Assembly (NCBI GenBank): GCA_033763455.1
Contig: JANRKO010000023.1
Coordinates: forward strand, 32,001 to 96,000
Length of the DNA stretch: 64,000 nt
Source: Polyangiaceae bacterium
Lineage (GTDB): Bacteria; Myxococcota_A; Polyangia; Polyangiales; Polyangiaceae
Direction of reading: 5' to 3'
In this document: piece by piece, positions 49,274 through 60,200 of the stretch
How the letters are laid out: the number at the start of each line of letters is the position of its first letter
How positions within the stretch are numbered: position 1 is the stretch's first letter
Program-made: the position numbers and the translations under genes
The notes under the pieces: model-generated
Told to the model about the DNA's origin: nothing
What the model saw: the letters and a program-made list of their open reading frames with translations, nothing else
Database searches by the model: none

Positions 49274-51025
49274 ATGGTACCCAGAGATCGCCCCAGCCTT
49301 CACGACATCTATGCGGAGCCGAGCTCACCTGTGGACATGGAGGAGCGGCTGCAGCGCTTGGAGCTTCTGCACCGCATAGGTGTAGCGCTTTCGGCAGAAC
49401 AAAACAAAGACCGGCTGGTAGAGATGATTTTGCTAGAGGCCAAGAACCTCTGCAATGCCGACGGCGGTACTCTTTACCTCAAGGACGAAAAAGAAGAACT
49501 ACGGTTCGCCATCCTGCTGAATGATTCGCTTGGCCTGGCGCTTGGTGGCACTACGGGAAAGCCGATCCCATTTCCGCCGATCCCGATGAAGGATCCGATC
49601 ACCGGTGCTCCCAACCACAAGAACGTCGCCAGTTACGCGGGCTCGCTCCGACAAAGCGTCAGCATTCCCGATGCTTACGCTGCCGAAGGTTTTGATTTTT
49701 CTGGCACCAAGGCCTTCGATCAACGAAACGGCTACCGCTCCCAATCGTTTCTCACCATCCCACTGACCAATAGCCAGGGTTTGCTGATTGGTGTTCTTCA
49801 GCTTCTGAACGCGAGAGACCGTGTCACCCAAAAAGTGATCCCTTTCCCCATCGAAGATCAACTGATCGTCGAGTCGCTCGCATCCCAAGCTGGCATTGCG
49901 CTAGACAATCAGCTGCTGCTCGACGGACAGAAGGCGCTGCTCGAATCTTTCATCAAGATGATCGCTGCCGCGATCGACGCCAAGAGCCCTTACACGGGGG
50001 ACCACTGCGAACGAGTGCCAGTTTTGGCGGAGATGATTGCCCAATCACTGTGCGAGACAAAAACTGGGACATTTGCTGGTTTTTCGCTCAACGAAGAAGA
50101 GTGGTACGAACTCAGAATTGCGGCTTGGCTTCACGACTGCGGCAAGGTGGTCACGCCTGTACACGTGATGGATAAGGCCACCAAGCTGGAAACAATTTTC
50201 GATCGAATCGAGGTCGTCAGAGCCCGCTTCGAAGTGCTGCGCAAGGAAGCAAAGATCCGCTACCTTGAGCGGGCACTCGCCGATGGCTCTATTTCAGCTA
50301 ATGGCGCCAAGGAGGCGTACGAAAGCGAGCTCAAAGCCTTGGACTCAGATCTGGCTTTCTTGGAGGTGGCCAATGTGGGCGGGGAGTTTCTCTCGCCGGA
50401 GAAGCAGGCACGAATCCGCGAAATCGGCGCCAAGAGCCTGGTAATAGGCGGGCAGCAAGTGCGCTTGCTGTCCGAGGATGAAGTCAAAAATCTTGAGATT
50501 TCGCGTGGCACGCTCACGCCTGATGAACGGCTCGTAATCAACGGGCACATGGTGCAAACCATCAAGATGCTGAACGCGCTTCCCTTTCCTCGCAACCTGC
50601 GGCGTGTTCCCGAATATGCGGGAGGCCATCACGAAAAGATGGACGGCACGGGCTACCCGAAAGGGCTCTTCGCGGGCGAAATGTCGATCCCTGCGCGCAT
50701 GCTCGCAATTGCGGATGTGTTCGAAGCGTTAACCGCCGCTGACAGGCCGTACAAACCAGCCAAGAAGCTGAGTGAAGCCATGCGTATTATGGGCTTCATG
50801 AAACAGGACAATCACCTAGATCCAGAACTCTTCGATCACTTCGTGCGTTCGGGGGTCTACCGCACCTACGCGGAGCGCTACTTGGCTCCGGAGCTGATCG
50901 ACACGGTCGACGAAGCGGCACTTTTGGCAATTCGACCCAAACCCTTTGCCCTGCCCGACGTTACGATTCGGCGCGAACGCTGGGACAGCTTCTTGCCGCC
51001 GTACAATACGCCCCGCCCGCATTAG
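49274..51025 (+). CDS. GAF + HD-GYP cyclic-dinucleotide phosphodiesterase
   Basis: NADGGTLY..IPDAY..F..FD...GY.SQS.L..P GAF; HCERV, LHDCGK, HHEKMDGTGYP, ADVFEAL..RPYK. Confidence 0.92.
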   Translation: MVPRDRPSLHDIYAEPSSPVDMEERLQRLELLHRIGVALSAEQNKDRLVEMILLEAKNLCNADGGTLYLKDEKEELRFAILLNDSLGLALGGTTGKPIPFPPIPMKDPITGAPNHKNVASYAGSLRQSVSIPDAYAAEGFDFSGTKAFDQRNGYRSQSFLTIPLTNSQGLLIGVLQLLNARDRVTQKVIPFPIEDQLIVESLASQAGIALDNQLLLDGQKALLESFIKMIAAAIDAKSPYTGDHCERVPVLAEMIAQSLCETKTGTFAGFSLNEEEWYELRIAAWLHDCGKVVTPVHVMDKATKLETIFDRIEVVRARFEVLRKEAKIRYLERALADGSISANGAKEAYESELKALDSDLAFLEVANVGGEFLSPEKQARIREIGAKSLVIGGQQVRLLSEDEVKNLEISRGTLTPDERLVINGHMVQTIKMLNALPFPRNLRRVPEYAGGHHEKMDGTGYPKGLFAGEMSIPARMLAIADVFEALTAADRPYKPAKKLSEAMRIMGFMKQDNHLDPELFDHFVRSGVYRTYAERYLAPELIDTVDEAALLAIRPKPFALPDVTIRRERWDSFLPPYNTPRPH

Positions 51026-51193
51026 GTATTGCTGCCGGTGAGCGAGGCGGGGGAGGCGATACTTTCAAACTGCAAATAGGCCTACTGTGTCGGATGGTTG
51101 GCAAACCAGTCGGCTTCGCGCTATGGGCGACCGACGTAATGAACCGGCGTGCCCAAGGGCCGCTTCACCCTGTTTCACCCCCGGTGGATCCCC

Positions 51194-52390
51194 ATGTTTC
51201 AAACCGTAAAAGCCGCTCCCCCCGACCCTATTCTTGGCCTCACCGATGCCTTTAATCAGGAGCCGAATCCTAAGAAGATCAATCTCGGCGTCGGCGTCTA
51301 CAAAGACGATCAGGGCAAGACCCCAACTTTTACGGCTATCCGCAAGGCAGAACAGCTTCTTGTTGCGAAGGATCCCTCCAAGAGTTACCTGCCTATTTCG
51401 GGCTCGCCCGCATACGCCGCCTGCGTCCAAAACCTAGTGCTCGGCAAAGGCTCACGCGCGGTTGCCGAAAAACGCGTGCAAACCGCCCACTGCCCGGGAG
51501 GCACCGGAGCGCTTCGGGTTGCCGGAGATTTTCTGCACCAGGCTTTCCCTGAAGCAAAGCTTTGGGTCAGCAAGCCCACTTGGGTCAATCACTTTGGCGT
51601 ATTTCGCGCCGCTGGCATGCAGGTCGAGGAGTATGCGTACTACGATGCAGCAACGCACGGCGTTGACTTCGAGGGGCTCAAAGCAAGCCTTCGAAGCGCG
51701 AAAGCGGGAGATGCGATCCTGTTGCACGGCTGTTGTCACAACCCAACTGGAGCGGATCCAACGCTCGCCGAGTGGCGGATTCTCAGCGATCTGATGAAAG
51801 AGAAGGGCCTTTTGCCCCTATTCGATTTGGCCTACCAGGGCCTCGGCGATGGCCTGGAGGAGGACGTGGCTGGTGTGCGCGCGTTCGTGGAGGCCGGCCA
51901 TGAGCTGCTCATAGCGAGCTCCTTCTCGAAGAATTTTGGGCTCTACAATCAACGAGTAGGCGCGCTCACCTTGGTCACAGAAACGGCCAAGAGCGCTGAC
52001 GATTCCTTTAGCCAAATTAAGAGCACCATTCGTTCGAACTACTCGAACCCTCCGGCACACGGCGGCGCCCTCATCACTACAGTGCTCGAAGATGAAGCAC
52101 TCACCCGTGAGTGGCGCACGGAGCTCGACGGTATGCGCCAGCGCATCCACCAAATGCGCACCGAATTCGTCGCCAAGCTCAAGGCCTTGGGTGTGGCTCA
52201 GGATTTTAGCTTCATCGCCAAGCAGCGTGGCATGTTCTCGTTCTCTGGCTTAACGCCCGAGCAGGTACAGGCCCTGCGTGATCGCCATGCGATTTATGCT
52301 GTAAGCTCGGGCCGCATCAATGTGGCTGGCATTACCAGTGAGAATATCGATCCTCTGTGTCGGGCGATCGCCGACGTCCTCAAGGGCTGA
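51194..52390 (+). CDS. Aspartate/aromatic amino acid aminotransferase (AspC/TyrB family)
   Basis: DPILGL, NLGVGVY, GGTGAL, HNPTG, DLAYQG, SFSKNFGLY, GRINVAG. Confidence 0.95.
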   Translation: MFQTVKAAPPDPILGLTDAFNQEPNPKKINLGVGVYKDDQGKTPTFTAIRKAEQLLVAKDPSKSYLPISGSPAYAACVQNLVLGKGSRAVAEKRVQTAHCPGGTGALRVAGDFLHQAFPEAKLWVSKPTWVNHFGVFRAAGMQVEEYAYYDAATHGVDFEGLKASLRSAKAGDAILLHGCCHNPTGADPTLAEWRILSDLMKEKGLLPLFDLAYQGLGDGLEEDVAGVRAFVEAGHELLIASSFSKNFGLYNQRVGALTLVTETAKSADDSFSQIKSTIRSNYSNPPAHGGALITTVLEDEALTREWRTELDGMRQRIHQMRTEFVAKLKALGVAQDFSFIAKQRGMFSFSGLTPEQVQALRDRHAIYAVSSGRINVAGITSENIDPLCRAIADVLKG

Positions 52391-52539
52391 GGTCGCGCTC
52401 GGCACCGGCTCAAAAGGGGCCTCGCCGCGCATCCTAAGTACCCTTCGAGCCCAGCGGGGCCCTGGGGTTGCCCGCAAAACAGACGAGCTTGTTCGCCGCT
52501 TTTGCAGTAGTGGGCGGGCTTTGCTATGCGTGCCGGCCC

Positions 52540-53337
52540 ATGTTTTTGGCTGCAACCCTGGCGGTAGCGCAAGTGGCATTAGCCGCGGCTGTAACGCTGT
52601 TGCCAGTGCGTTCACTCTTTTCCGCCCCCTTAAGAACGTTTTCGTGGACCGCCGCCTTGGCTGTGACTCTCCTCAGTCTCATGCCGGAGGCCTTTGAGGA
52701 GCTCGGCTGGGTAGCACTGCTGCTGATATCGGCCGCCGTGATTATTCCAATACTTGCGGAGCGCCTGTCGGATCGTCGTTGGGGCCATGCGGGTCGATTG
52801 GGGCTTGAGGTCGCGTTCGTTGGAGTGCTGATCCACCGCGTGGTCGATGGGGTCGGGCTCGGTGCGTTTGGCAGAATTGAGAGCCTACGAGCAGACGTGC
52901 TCATTGCGCTCAGCGCCCACGCAATTGCGGTAGAGTCTGTGGTGATCTTGAAGTGTCGAGCACTCTTGGGTGCTCGTTCAGCTTGGTTTAGATCACTTTG
53001 GCTCGCCGTAGCGGGGATTTTGGGTGTGGTGGTGTGGAGTCGCGTGTACACGCAGTTCCCCGACCCGACGCCCGTTGTGGAAGCGCTTACTGCTGGAGTG
53101 CTCCTGCACGTTGCCTTGCACGACGTGCGCCACCCCCCCGAAGGCCGTGAAGTGTCTCGTTGGGTTCACTTCGTCGCTGCTATCCTTGGGGTGCTAATAA
53201 CCCAAATCCCCGGCGGCGCAGAACCTGGCATCACCTTAACTGCAAGCACACTGCTCCTCGCCACGCTCATCGCAATATCCCCCATTGCTCTCATCACATG
53301 GCGCAAGCGTTTCCCCCACGACACCTCGCATTCCTAG
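52540..53337 (+). CDS. Polytopic membrane protein, ZIP-like divalent metal transporter candidate
   Basis: About 8 hydrophobic segments; LMPEA, IHRVVDG, AHAIA, GVLLHVALHD resemble ZIP TM2/4/5/7 motifs. Confidence 0.55.
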   Translation: MFLAATLAVAQVALAAAVTLLPVRSLFSAPLRTFSWTAALAVTLLSLMPEAFEELGWVALLLISAAVIIPILAERLSDRRWGHAGRLGLEVAFVGVLIHRVVDGVGLGAFGRIESLRADVLIALSAHAIAVESVVILKCRALLGARSAWFRSLWLAVAGILGVVVWSRVYTQFPDPTPVVEALTAGVLLHVALHDVRHPPEGREVSRWVHFVAAILGVLITQIPGGAEPGITLTASTLLLATLIAISPIALITWRKRFPHDTSHS

Positions 53338-53575
53338 CAACCCATCCCATTCCCCTCCTACCCCTAGACCAGAGCCCCGCCCGCTGGCCGATAACGCCTC
53401 GCCCGCCGCTTCGGGGGCAGCGAGGATAGGTCTTAGCCCCTCGTTGCACGTGGGCTTCGACTGTTTCACGCCTGAGAACCCGCTAAATTTGAATTCTAGC
53501 TAGCCTAGAACGGTCCAACCCCAAAAAGTTCGAGGGGGCGCTTCCGATTGCTGCTAGTTTGGGAGGTTAGAGCGC

Positions 53576-55054
53576 ATGGCACTGCAAGAAGGTGATCTCG
53601 TCCAAGGCAAATACCGCGTCGTCCGAATCATCGGTGAGGGCGGTATGGGGGCAGTGTTTGAAGGCGAGAACATTCGCATCAACCGCCGCGTCGCTATTAA
53701 GGTGCTACACGCAGCACTAGCTTCCAACAAGGAAGTGGTCCAGCGCTTCGAACGCGAAGCACAGGCGGCTGGGCGCATCGGTAATGATCACATCCTTGAA
53801 GTCCTAGATCTGGGTGATCTGCCCGACGGGGACTTCTTCATGGTGATGGAATACCTTGAGGGAGAACCCTTGAGCGATCGGATCCGTCGCTTGGGCCGAA
53901 TGTCTCCCGAACAGGTTGCGCCCCTCATGGCGCAAGTGCTCACCGGGCTTCAGGCTGCGCACACCGCCGGCATTATTCACCGCGATTTGAAGCCGGATAA
54001 CATCTTCGTGCTCAAGGAAAAAGCGGGCCAAAAAGACTTCGTCAAGATTATCGACTTCGGGATTTCGAAGTTTCAGCCACTCGGTGGCGAGATGAAAATG
54101 ACGCGCACGGGCTCTGTGATGGGCACGCCGTATTACATGTCTCCCGAACAGGCGAGCGGTAGTTCGGAAGCAGACCATCGCAGCGATGTCTACGCAGTGG
54201 GCGTCATGATGTACGAGGCCGTCACGGGCAAGGTGCCCTTCGAAGCTTCCACCTTCAATCAGCTGCTCTTTAAGATCGTGCTGGATGAAGTTCCGAAGCC
54301 GGAAACGATCGTTCCGGACCTAGATCCTGGCTTTGCCAGCTTGATCCACAAGGCGATGGCGCGCGACAAAGAGGCGCGCTTCCAAGACTGCACTTCCCTA
54401 CGAAATGCCATCCTGGAATGGCAGCGGACGGGCGCCGCTGTTTCGGTTCCTCCGCCGGGCGGCGTTGAGGGGCATCTTCCCGGCAAGGCGCGCGAAGCCT
54501 TCGGCTCACAGACTGACGTGATGCCAGCAGCCACCCCTCCTGGCGGCGCACGTCTCGGCACAGGTAGCCAACCGTCGGTCGTGGTTGCCCAGGAAGGCAA
54601 CATGAGCAGCACCACGGGCGCGGGCACTTGGTCCACCGAAGAGTCCATTCAGATCCCGAAAAAGGGCGGCGCAGGCTTACTCTATGCGGGAATCGCCGCA
54701 GGTGTACTGATTGTCGGTGGCGGTGCGTTCTTTGCGCTGTCTGGCGGAAAGCAGCCAGACGCCGCAGCAGCCGCTGCTAGCGCGCAAGCGGCGGCGAGCC
54801 AAGCGCCCGCCGCTCAACCTCCAGCGAAGCCCGTTGAGGCACCGCCACCCGTGGCCCAACCAACGGTAGAGCCGGTTGCTGTGGAACCTGCAAAGACGGC
54901 AGAGCCTCCAAAGGTTGAGCCGGCAAACACAGCCTCCAAGCCCGTAGCAAAGCCCACTTCTCGCCCGAAGCCAGCAGTTAAGCCAGCAGTTAGGCCGGCT
55001 GCTAAGCCAGGCCCGAGCCCCAAGAAGCCGGACACACCTGACTTCGGCTATTGA
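53576..55054 (+). CDS. Membrane Ser/Thr protein kinase with Pro/Ala/Lys-rich tail
   Basis: GEGGMGAV, VAIK, HRDLKPDN, DFG, GTPYYMSPEQ; one TM helix; ends PDFGY. Confidence 0.95.
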   Translation: MALQEGDLVQGKYRVVRIIGEGGMGAVFEGENIRINRRVAIKVLHAALASNKEVVQRFEREAQAAGRIGNDHILEVLDLGDLPDGDFFMVMEYLEGEPLSDRIRRLGRMSPEQVAPLMAQVLTGLQAAHTAGIIHRDLKPDNIFVLKEKAGQKDFVKIIDFGISKFQPLGGEMKMTRTGSVMGTPYYMSPEQASGSSEADHRSDVYAVGVMMYEAVTGKVPFEASTFNQLLFKIVLDEVPKPETIVPDLDPGFASLIHKAMARDKEARFQDCTSLRNAILEWQRTGAAVSVPPPGGVEGHLPGKAREAFGSQTDVMPAATPPGGARLGTGSQPSVVVAQEGNMSSTTGAGTWSTEESIQIPKKGGAGLLYAGIAAGVLIVGGGAFFALSGGKQPDAAAAAASAQAAASQAPAAQPPAKPVEAPPPVAQPTVEPVAVEPAKTAEPPKVEPANTASKPVAKPTSRPKPAVKPAVRPAAKPGPSPKKPDTPDFGY

Positions 55055-55170
55055 GTTAACCCACGCCTAGCGCAGCGTGAGGAGCGCGACTTCTGGCGGT
55101 ACCCCATCCCACCGCAAGCGCGACCGCAACTAAGCTGGCCAACAAACCGCGGCGAAGCAGCGAGGCAGCG

Positions 55171-56958
55171 CTAAGCACGACGCCTCGGCCGAGCCCGCGG
55201 GCGCCACGTAAAATGGTCAATCAATTCAGGCTGAAAATTCCCCAAGGGATCCGCCGCTCCCACACAATACACATCCACCGCTTCTCCATTTTCGCGGACT
55301 CGAAATCGCAAAAAGTGCTTAAAGCCTGGGTGATCAAGCGCTGTGAAAGCTTGGGTATTCTCTAGGCCAAAGCGCGTCATGCTGGCAAGAAACACCCCGA
55401 AAGCAAACGTGGCAAGAAGCACGGCTGACGCAAGCGCCGCACCGAACGCAACCAACCCTCCAGACATCCAAGTTAACGCCAGCCAGGTGGCAAGCAGAGG
55501 AAGGCTCGTTATCGCCAGCCCGCCGGCGAAGGCCGCAGCCAACACTCGACCTCGCTTGTCAGAGCGACGAACGCCTCCGAGGAAAGCCAAAGCAAGCGTG
55601 CACGCAATGGCACAAAGTACTGTGGCAAGGCCCGCGCGCCACAGATCTTTATCGAAAAGGGAGCTCACAATTGGCTCGAAAATCACAGCGAATACCACGT
55701 GCGGTAAGATGCCGGACTGGCCACGCAATATCTTCCACGGGACGCGCTTGAGAAGCCTCCGACACTGCGGAACGCTCGGCCACTCCACGTCTACCTTGGG
55801 TGTTCGCTCGCCTGATAGGCGCTGAGGGTGCAAAAAAGCGCCGCCTCCGCCCGCTATCACGTGTTGGCTTTCCCCCTCCTGCCAGCGTTCGTAGTGGTGA
55901 ATATCGCCGGAAACCACGAGGCAACGGTCCACGTTTGGATCCACAGGCAACGCCTGAATCATGGCCGTGCCAGTGGCGCTTGGCCTCCCAAAGGCTCGCA
56001 CAGGATCTGGGAGCATTAGCAAGGTGTTGGCTTGCTCCATGCGCGACCAAATATCCGCGAAGTACCTGCGTTGCCTAAAATCGACGTGCTTTAGTTGTCG
56101 ATCAAGAGCAAACAAATTGAGTTCTGGCGTGAGTGGGAGCGCAAAGTAACTGGCTCGTTGCACGGCCTCGTAGCCAATCAGGACGAGCGCCTTGGGCTTC
56201 TCGATCTGACCGCCTCGCACGAATTCTCTGGCCCAATCCGCCGCGACTTCGAGACGAGGCCGCTCAATGGGGAGCATTGAGGGGCGAACTACTGGCGCAT
56301 CTTCATCCGAACGACGACGAAACATACGGGCGAAACCATCGAGGCCGTCGTACCAATCATGGTTGCCCGGAATGCCGAGCAGTACCCGCACCTTGCCGTC
56401 ATCCACTTCTTGGAGCACACGGTTGAAGGGGACGATCACCCGGTTGTTGATCTCATCTACCGTAGCTACTGGGTATGCTGTGTCCCCACCGAAAAAGAGC
56501 ACGTCCCCTCGAGGTGCATGCAAAAATTCTCCCTCGCGATCAGGATCCGGGAGCTCATATTCAGCGAACACCAGCCGGGCCACCGCTTCGCTCACCGAGT
56601 GGTCGTCCCCCGTATCTGCGACGTAGTCGATCCACAGGTCTCGTCCGAGGTGCTCCACCAGCGAGCTGTTCCCGCCCCCGCCTCCTAAGAGGCGCCCTAT
56701 CCGTTCGCACAGACCCTCCGGGGCGTCCGGCCACATCCAGTCCCGCGAGTCGACATCTTCGGTGGCAATGGCACTGGCCACCAGGTGCCGAAAATGGCCC
56801 CAGAACGACGTTACCCCGAACCAGCGGACGCCCAAGGGCTCACTTCGCCCTCGCTTAAAAGTCGCCAAGATCCGGCTCGTGTCAACCGGCGGGGGGCGCT
56901 GAACGTTGGGGATCGGCATTGGGGAGGAGGCGCTTCGGTTGGGGCCCCTTGGCGGCAC
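55171..56958 (-). CDS. Calcineurin-like metallophosphoesterase with C-terminal membrane segments (start uncertain)
   Basis: ADTGD, GGDTAYP, PGNHDWYDG, GDIHHY, GGGGAFLHP. Confidence 0.8.
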   Translation of the reverse strand: MPPRGPNRSASSPMPIPNVQRPPPVDTSRILATFKRGRSEPLGVRWFGVTSFWGHFRHLVASAIATEDVDSRDWMWPDAPEGLCERIGRLLGGGGGNSSLVEHLGRDLWIDYVADTGDDHSVSEAVARLVFAEYELPDPDREGEFLHAPRGDVLFFGGDTAYPVATVDEINNRVIVPFNRVLQEVDDGKVRVLLGIPGNHDWYDGLDGFARMFRRRSDEDAPVVRPSMLPIERPRLEVAADWAREFVRGGQIEKPKALVLIGYEAVQRASYFALPLTPELNLFALDRQLKHVDFRQRRYFADIWSRMEQANTLLMLPDPVRAFGRPSATGTAMIQALPVDPNVDRCLVVSGDIHHYERWQEGESQHVIAGGGGAFLHPQRLSGERTPKVDVEWPSVPQCRRLLKRVPWKILRGQSGILPHVVFAVIFEPIVSSLFDKDLWRAGLATVLCAIACTLALAFLGGVRRSDKRGRVLAAAFAGGLAITSLPLLATWLALTWMSGGLVAFGAALASAVLLATFAFGVFLASMTRFGLENTQAFTALDHPGFKHFLRFRVRENGEAVDVYCVGAADPLGNFQPELIDHFTWRPRARPRRRA

Positions 56959-56983
56959 CCGAGCCCTACATTAACAAGACAGC

Positions 56984-57646
56984 ATGATTCAGCTCAAGGG
57001 GCTCAACAAGAGCTACGCAATGGGCGATCATGCGCTGCACGTCTTGAAGGACGTGGAGCTCACGGTGAAGCCGGGCGAATTCGTGTCCATCATGGGCTCT
57101 TCGGGTTCCGGGAAATCCACACTACTTAACATCCTAGGGATCTTAGACGACTACGATTCGGGCGAATATCTCCTGGATGATCGCCTCGTGAAGGCACTCA
57201 CCGAGACCCAAGCCGCTCAGTACCGGAATCGCTTCCTCGGATTCATCTTTCAATCGTTCAATTTACTGCCGTTCAAGACAGCGCTCGAAAACGTGGCGCT
57301 TCCCCTCTATTACCAGGGTGTACCTCGCAAGAAGCGCCTGGAGCTTGCGCGAGAATATCTGGAACGCGTGGGCCTAAGCGAACGCCTCCACCACCTGCCC
57401 TCTGAGCTCTCCGGGGGCCAGCAACAGCGGGTGGCCATTGCACGCGCCCTCGTCGGCACCCCCAAGCTGATCCTTGCGGATGAGCCCACGGGAGCCTTGG
57501 ACAGTGAAACATCCTATCAGCTAATGGACCTCCTTCGCGAGGTGAACACTCAGGGCATCACGATTGTGCTCGTGACACATGAGATGGACATTGCCGACCG
57601 CACCGATCGATTGATCCGCCTAAAAGACGGGCGTGTCGATAATTAG
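56984..57646 (+). CDS. MacB/LolD-family ABC transporter ATP-binding protein
   Basis: [37 protein letters not shown]. Confidence 0.95.
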   Translation: MIQLKGLNKSYAMGDHALHVLKDVELTVKPGEFVSIMGSSGSGKSTLLNILGILDDYDSGEYLLDDRLVKALTETQAAQYRNRFLGFIFQSFNLLPFKTALENVALPLYYQGVPRKKRLELAREYLERVGLSERLHHLPSELSGGQQQRVAIARALVGTPKLILADEPTGALDSETSYQLMDLLREVNTQGITIVLVTHEMDIADRTDRLIRLKDGRVDN

Positions 57647-57658
57647 CGGGGAAGCTCC

Positions 57659-58888
57659 ATGTTCTGGGATAGCTGGCAAGAAATCCTCGATACCGTTCGC
57701 CGCAACAAGTTGCGAACTGCGCTCACTGCGCTCAGCGTTGCGTGGGGCATTTTCATGCTGGTAATTCTGCTCGCGGCCGGCACTGGCCTCAGAAATGCGG
57801 CCCTTTGGGACTTCCGCGACGACGCCGTGAACTCGATCTTCATCCGCGCACGGAAAACCAGCTTACCTTTTCTCGGCCGTGGCCCGGGGCGCGAGGTACG
57901 GTTAGAAAACTCCGACTTCGACAGTGTAAGGGATAGGGTGCGAGGAATCGAGCACATTAGCGGCAGGTTTCACCTCTGGGGAGAATTTGCCGTAAGTTAC
58001 GCCAATCGTTCAGCACGCTTCGACATCCGAGGCGTCCACCCCGACCACCAATATTTAGAGAAAACTCAGGTAATTCGGGGTCGCTTCTTGAATGATGACG
58101 ACATCTCCGAACGCAAGAAAGTTGCCGTCGTGGGAACCGAAGTGGCCAAGTTCTTCTTCGATGCCAAAGATCCCATTGGAGCTTTCATCAACGTGCGCGG
58201 AGCGCACTACCAGATCGTCGGTGTCTACACGCGCCCAGGGCAACAGGGAGAGATGGCCACCATCTTCCTACCCGTTAGTACGGCACAGTTGGTATACAGC
58301 GGCGGCAGGCGGCTCCACGCCCTCTCTTTCACGGTCAACACCACGGAGCTCTCGGAGAGCCAACGCATTGAGGAGCAAGTAAAAGCCTTACTCAAAGAAC
58401 GTCACGCGATTTCTCCCGAAGATGAGCGCGCCCTCACCGTTTCCAATAACCTCGAAATGTACCGCAAGATTTCGGACATCTTTGAGTGGTTGCGACTGTT
58501 TGTGTGGATGGTGGGGATAGGTACTTTGTTTGCCGGTATCGTGGGCGTGAGCAACATCATGCTCATCTCTGTGAAAGAGCGCACCAAAGAGATCGGCGTC
58601 CGAAAAGCGCTAGGAGCCACCCCTTTCGGGATCGTGAGCATGGTCATGAAGGAAGCGCTACTCATCACGACGCTCTCGGGTTACTTAGGATTGGTGGCTG
58701 CGGTTGGCCTCGTGGAGCTCGTCAATAAGAACCTCCCCGACAACAAGTACTTGCGCGAGCCAGACGTAGATCTCGGAGTTGCCCTGATGGCCACGCTTAT
58801 TGTGATTTTGGCGGGAGCCTTGGCTGGTTTTTTCCCCGCACGCAACGCTTCAAAGATCAATCCGATCTTAGCGCTGAGGGACGGTTAA
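57659..58888 (+). CDS. MacB/FtsX-family ABC permease
   Basis: NKLRTALT, periplasmic core, GVSNIMLISVKERTKEIGVRKALGA, NPILALR. Confidence 0.93.
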   Translation: MFWDSWQEILDTVRRNKLRTALTALSVAWGIFMLVILLAAGTGLRNAALWDFRDDAVNSIFIRARKTSLPFLGRGPGREVRLENSDFDSVRDRVRGIEHISGRFHLWGEFAVSYANRSARFDIRGVHPDHQYLEKTQVIRGRFLNDDDISERKKVAVVGTEVAKFFFDAKDPIGAFINVRGAHYQIVGVYTRPGQQGEMATIFLPVSTAQLVYSGGRRLHALSFTVNTTELSESQRIEEQVKALLKERHAISPEDERALTVSNNLEMYRKISDIFEWLRLFVWMVGIGTLFAGIVGVSNIMLISVKERTKEIGVRKALGATPFGIVSMVMKEALLITTLSGYLGLVAAVGLVELVNKNLPDNKYLREPDVDLGVALMATLIVILAGALAGFFPARNASKINPILALRDG

Positions 58889-58891
58889 GCT

Positions 58892-60145
58892 ATGTTTGAC
58901 CGCGACAAGTGGCAAGAGGTTTGGCAGACGCTGCGCCGCAACAAGCTTCGTACCCTGATGACTGCCAGTGGCGTGTTCTGGGGGCTATTCATGCTGGTAC
59001 TGATGCTCGGCTTCGGCACGGGGCTTGAAGGTGGCGTCCGGAAGAATCTACTCGGCTTTGCCAATAATGCGGTGTTTGTTTGGGCTCAACGCACCCGTTT
59101 GGCCTACCATGGCTTTCAAGCGGGCCGGCGTGTTCGATTTGAAACGGCCGATATCGCGCGGCTACAACAAGAGTTACCTGAGATAGCGGATCTTGCCCCA
59201 CGCATCCAATTGGGTGGCTACCGCGACGGGGCGAACGTCAATTTCAAAGAGAAGACGGGGAACTTCACCATCATGGGGGATTTTCCACAAGTACGTAAGG
59301 TCGAAGGAATAGCGATAACCAGTGGGCGGTTCATTAACGAGCTAGACATCCGAGAGAAACGAAAAATTGCCATCATTGGCACCGACGTGCAGCGGATCTT
59401 GTTCGGAAAAACCAAACCCATCGGCGAATATATCAAAATCAACAAAGTTTACTTCAAGGTTGTTGGCACCTTCAAGCGCGATGGTGGAAACGGCGATCAG
59501 GCTGAGCAACTAAAATCCACCATCTACCTACCATTTTCGACCTTCCAGTATGCATTCAACCAGGTTAACCGCGTGGGGTGGTTCGCGATGACCCTGAAGC
59601 CAGATGCTGATGCCAAGGTCGTCGAAAAGAAGGCACGCGCGCTGCTCGCTCGGGTGCATCAAATCCACCCGAACGACGATCAAGGCCTCGGCTCCTACAA
59701 TTCTGCGGAAGAATTTGGCCGAATTTCTAACCTTTTCACAGGCATCAGCTTTTTCATCTGGTTCGTGGGTGTCGTCACGCTCCTGGCGGGGATGCTCGGC
59801 GTCAGCAACATTATGCTCATCACTGTCCGAGAACGCACCCGCGAGTTCGGGATTCGCAAGGCACTCGGCGCCACGCCGTTCTCCATCATTTCGCTGGTAA
59901 TCCAAGAGGCCGTCACGCTCACCGCCATTGCTGGTTACGCGGGGCTGGTGTGTTCGGTAGCTGTGTTAGAGCTTGCAGGGCGTTTGATTGGGGATCAGGC
60001 CGAAGCCTTCTCCTCTCCAAGTGTAGATTTTAGGATCGCACTGATCGCAGTTGCGATCTTAACGATCGCGGGGCTCTTTGCTGGCATCATGCCCGCGCAA
60101 CGGGCGGCCCGTATCAATCCCGTGCTTGCGCTCAAAGCAGAGTGA
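58892..60145 (+). CDS. MacB/FtsX-family ABC permease
   Basis: NKLRTLMT, GVSNIMLITVRERTREFGIRKALGA, NPVLALK. Confidence 0.93.
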   Translation: MFDRDKWQEVWQTLRRNKLRTLMTASGVFWGLFMLVLMLGFGTGLEGGVRKNLLGFANNAVFVWAQRTRLAYHGFQAGRRVRFETADIARLQQELPEIADLAPRIQLGGYRDGANVNFKEKTGNFTIMGDFPQVRKVEGIAITSGRFINELDIREKRKIAIIGTDVQRILFGKTKPIGEYIKINKVYFKVVGTFKRDGGNGDQAEQLKSTIYLPFSTFQYAFNQVNRVGWFAMTLKPDADAKVVEKKARALLARVHQIHPNDDQGLGSYNSAEEFGRISNLFTGISFFIWFVGVVTLLAGMLGVSNIMLITVRERTREFGIRKALGATPFSIISLVIQEAVTLTAIAGYAGLVCSVAVLELAGRLIGDQAEAFSSPSVDFRIALIAVAILTIAGLFAGIMPAQRAARINPVLALKAE

Positions 60146-60200
60146 TAAGCTAGCGCGCATGTTGAGTGCAGCACGGCGCCCCGGGCGCACCCGCAAACTT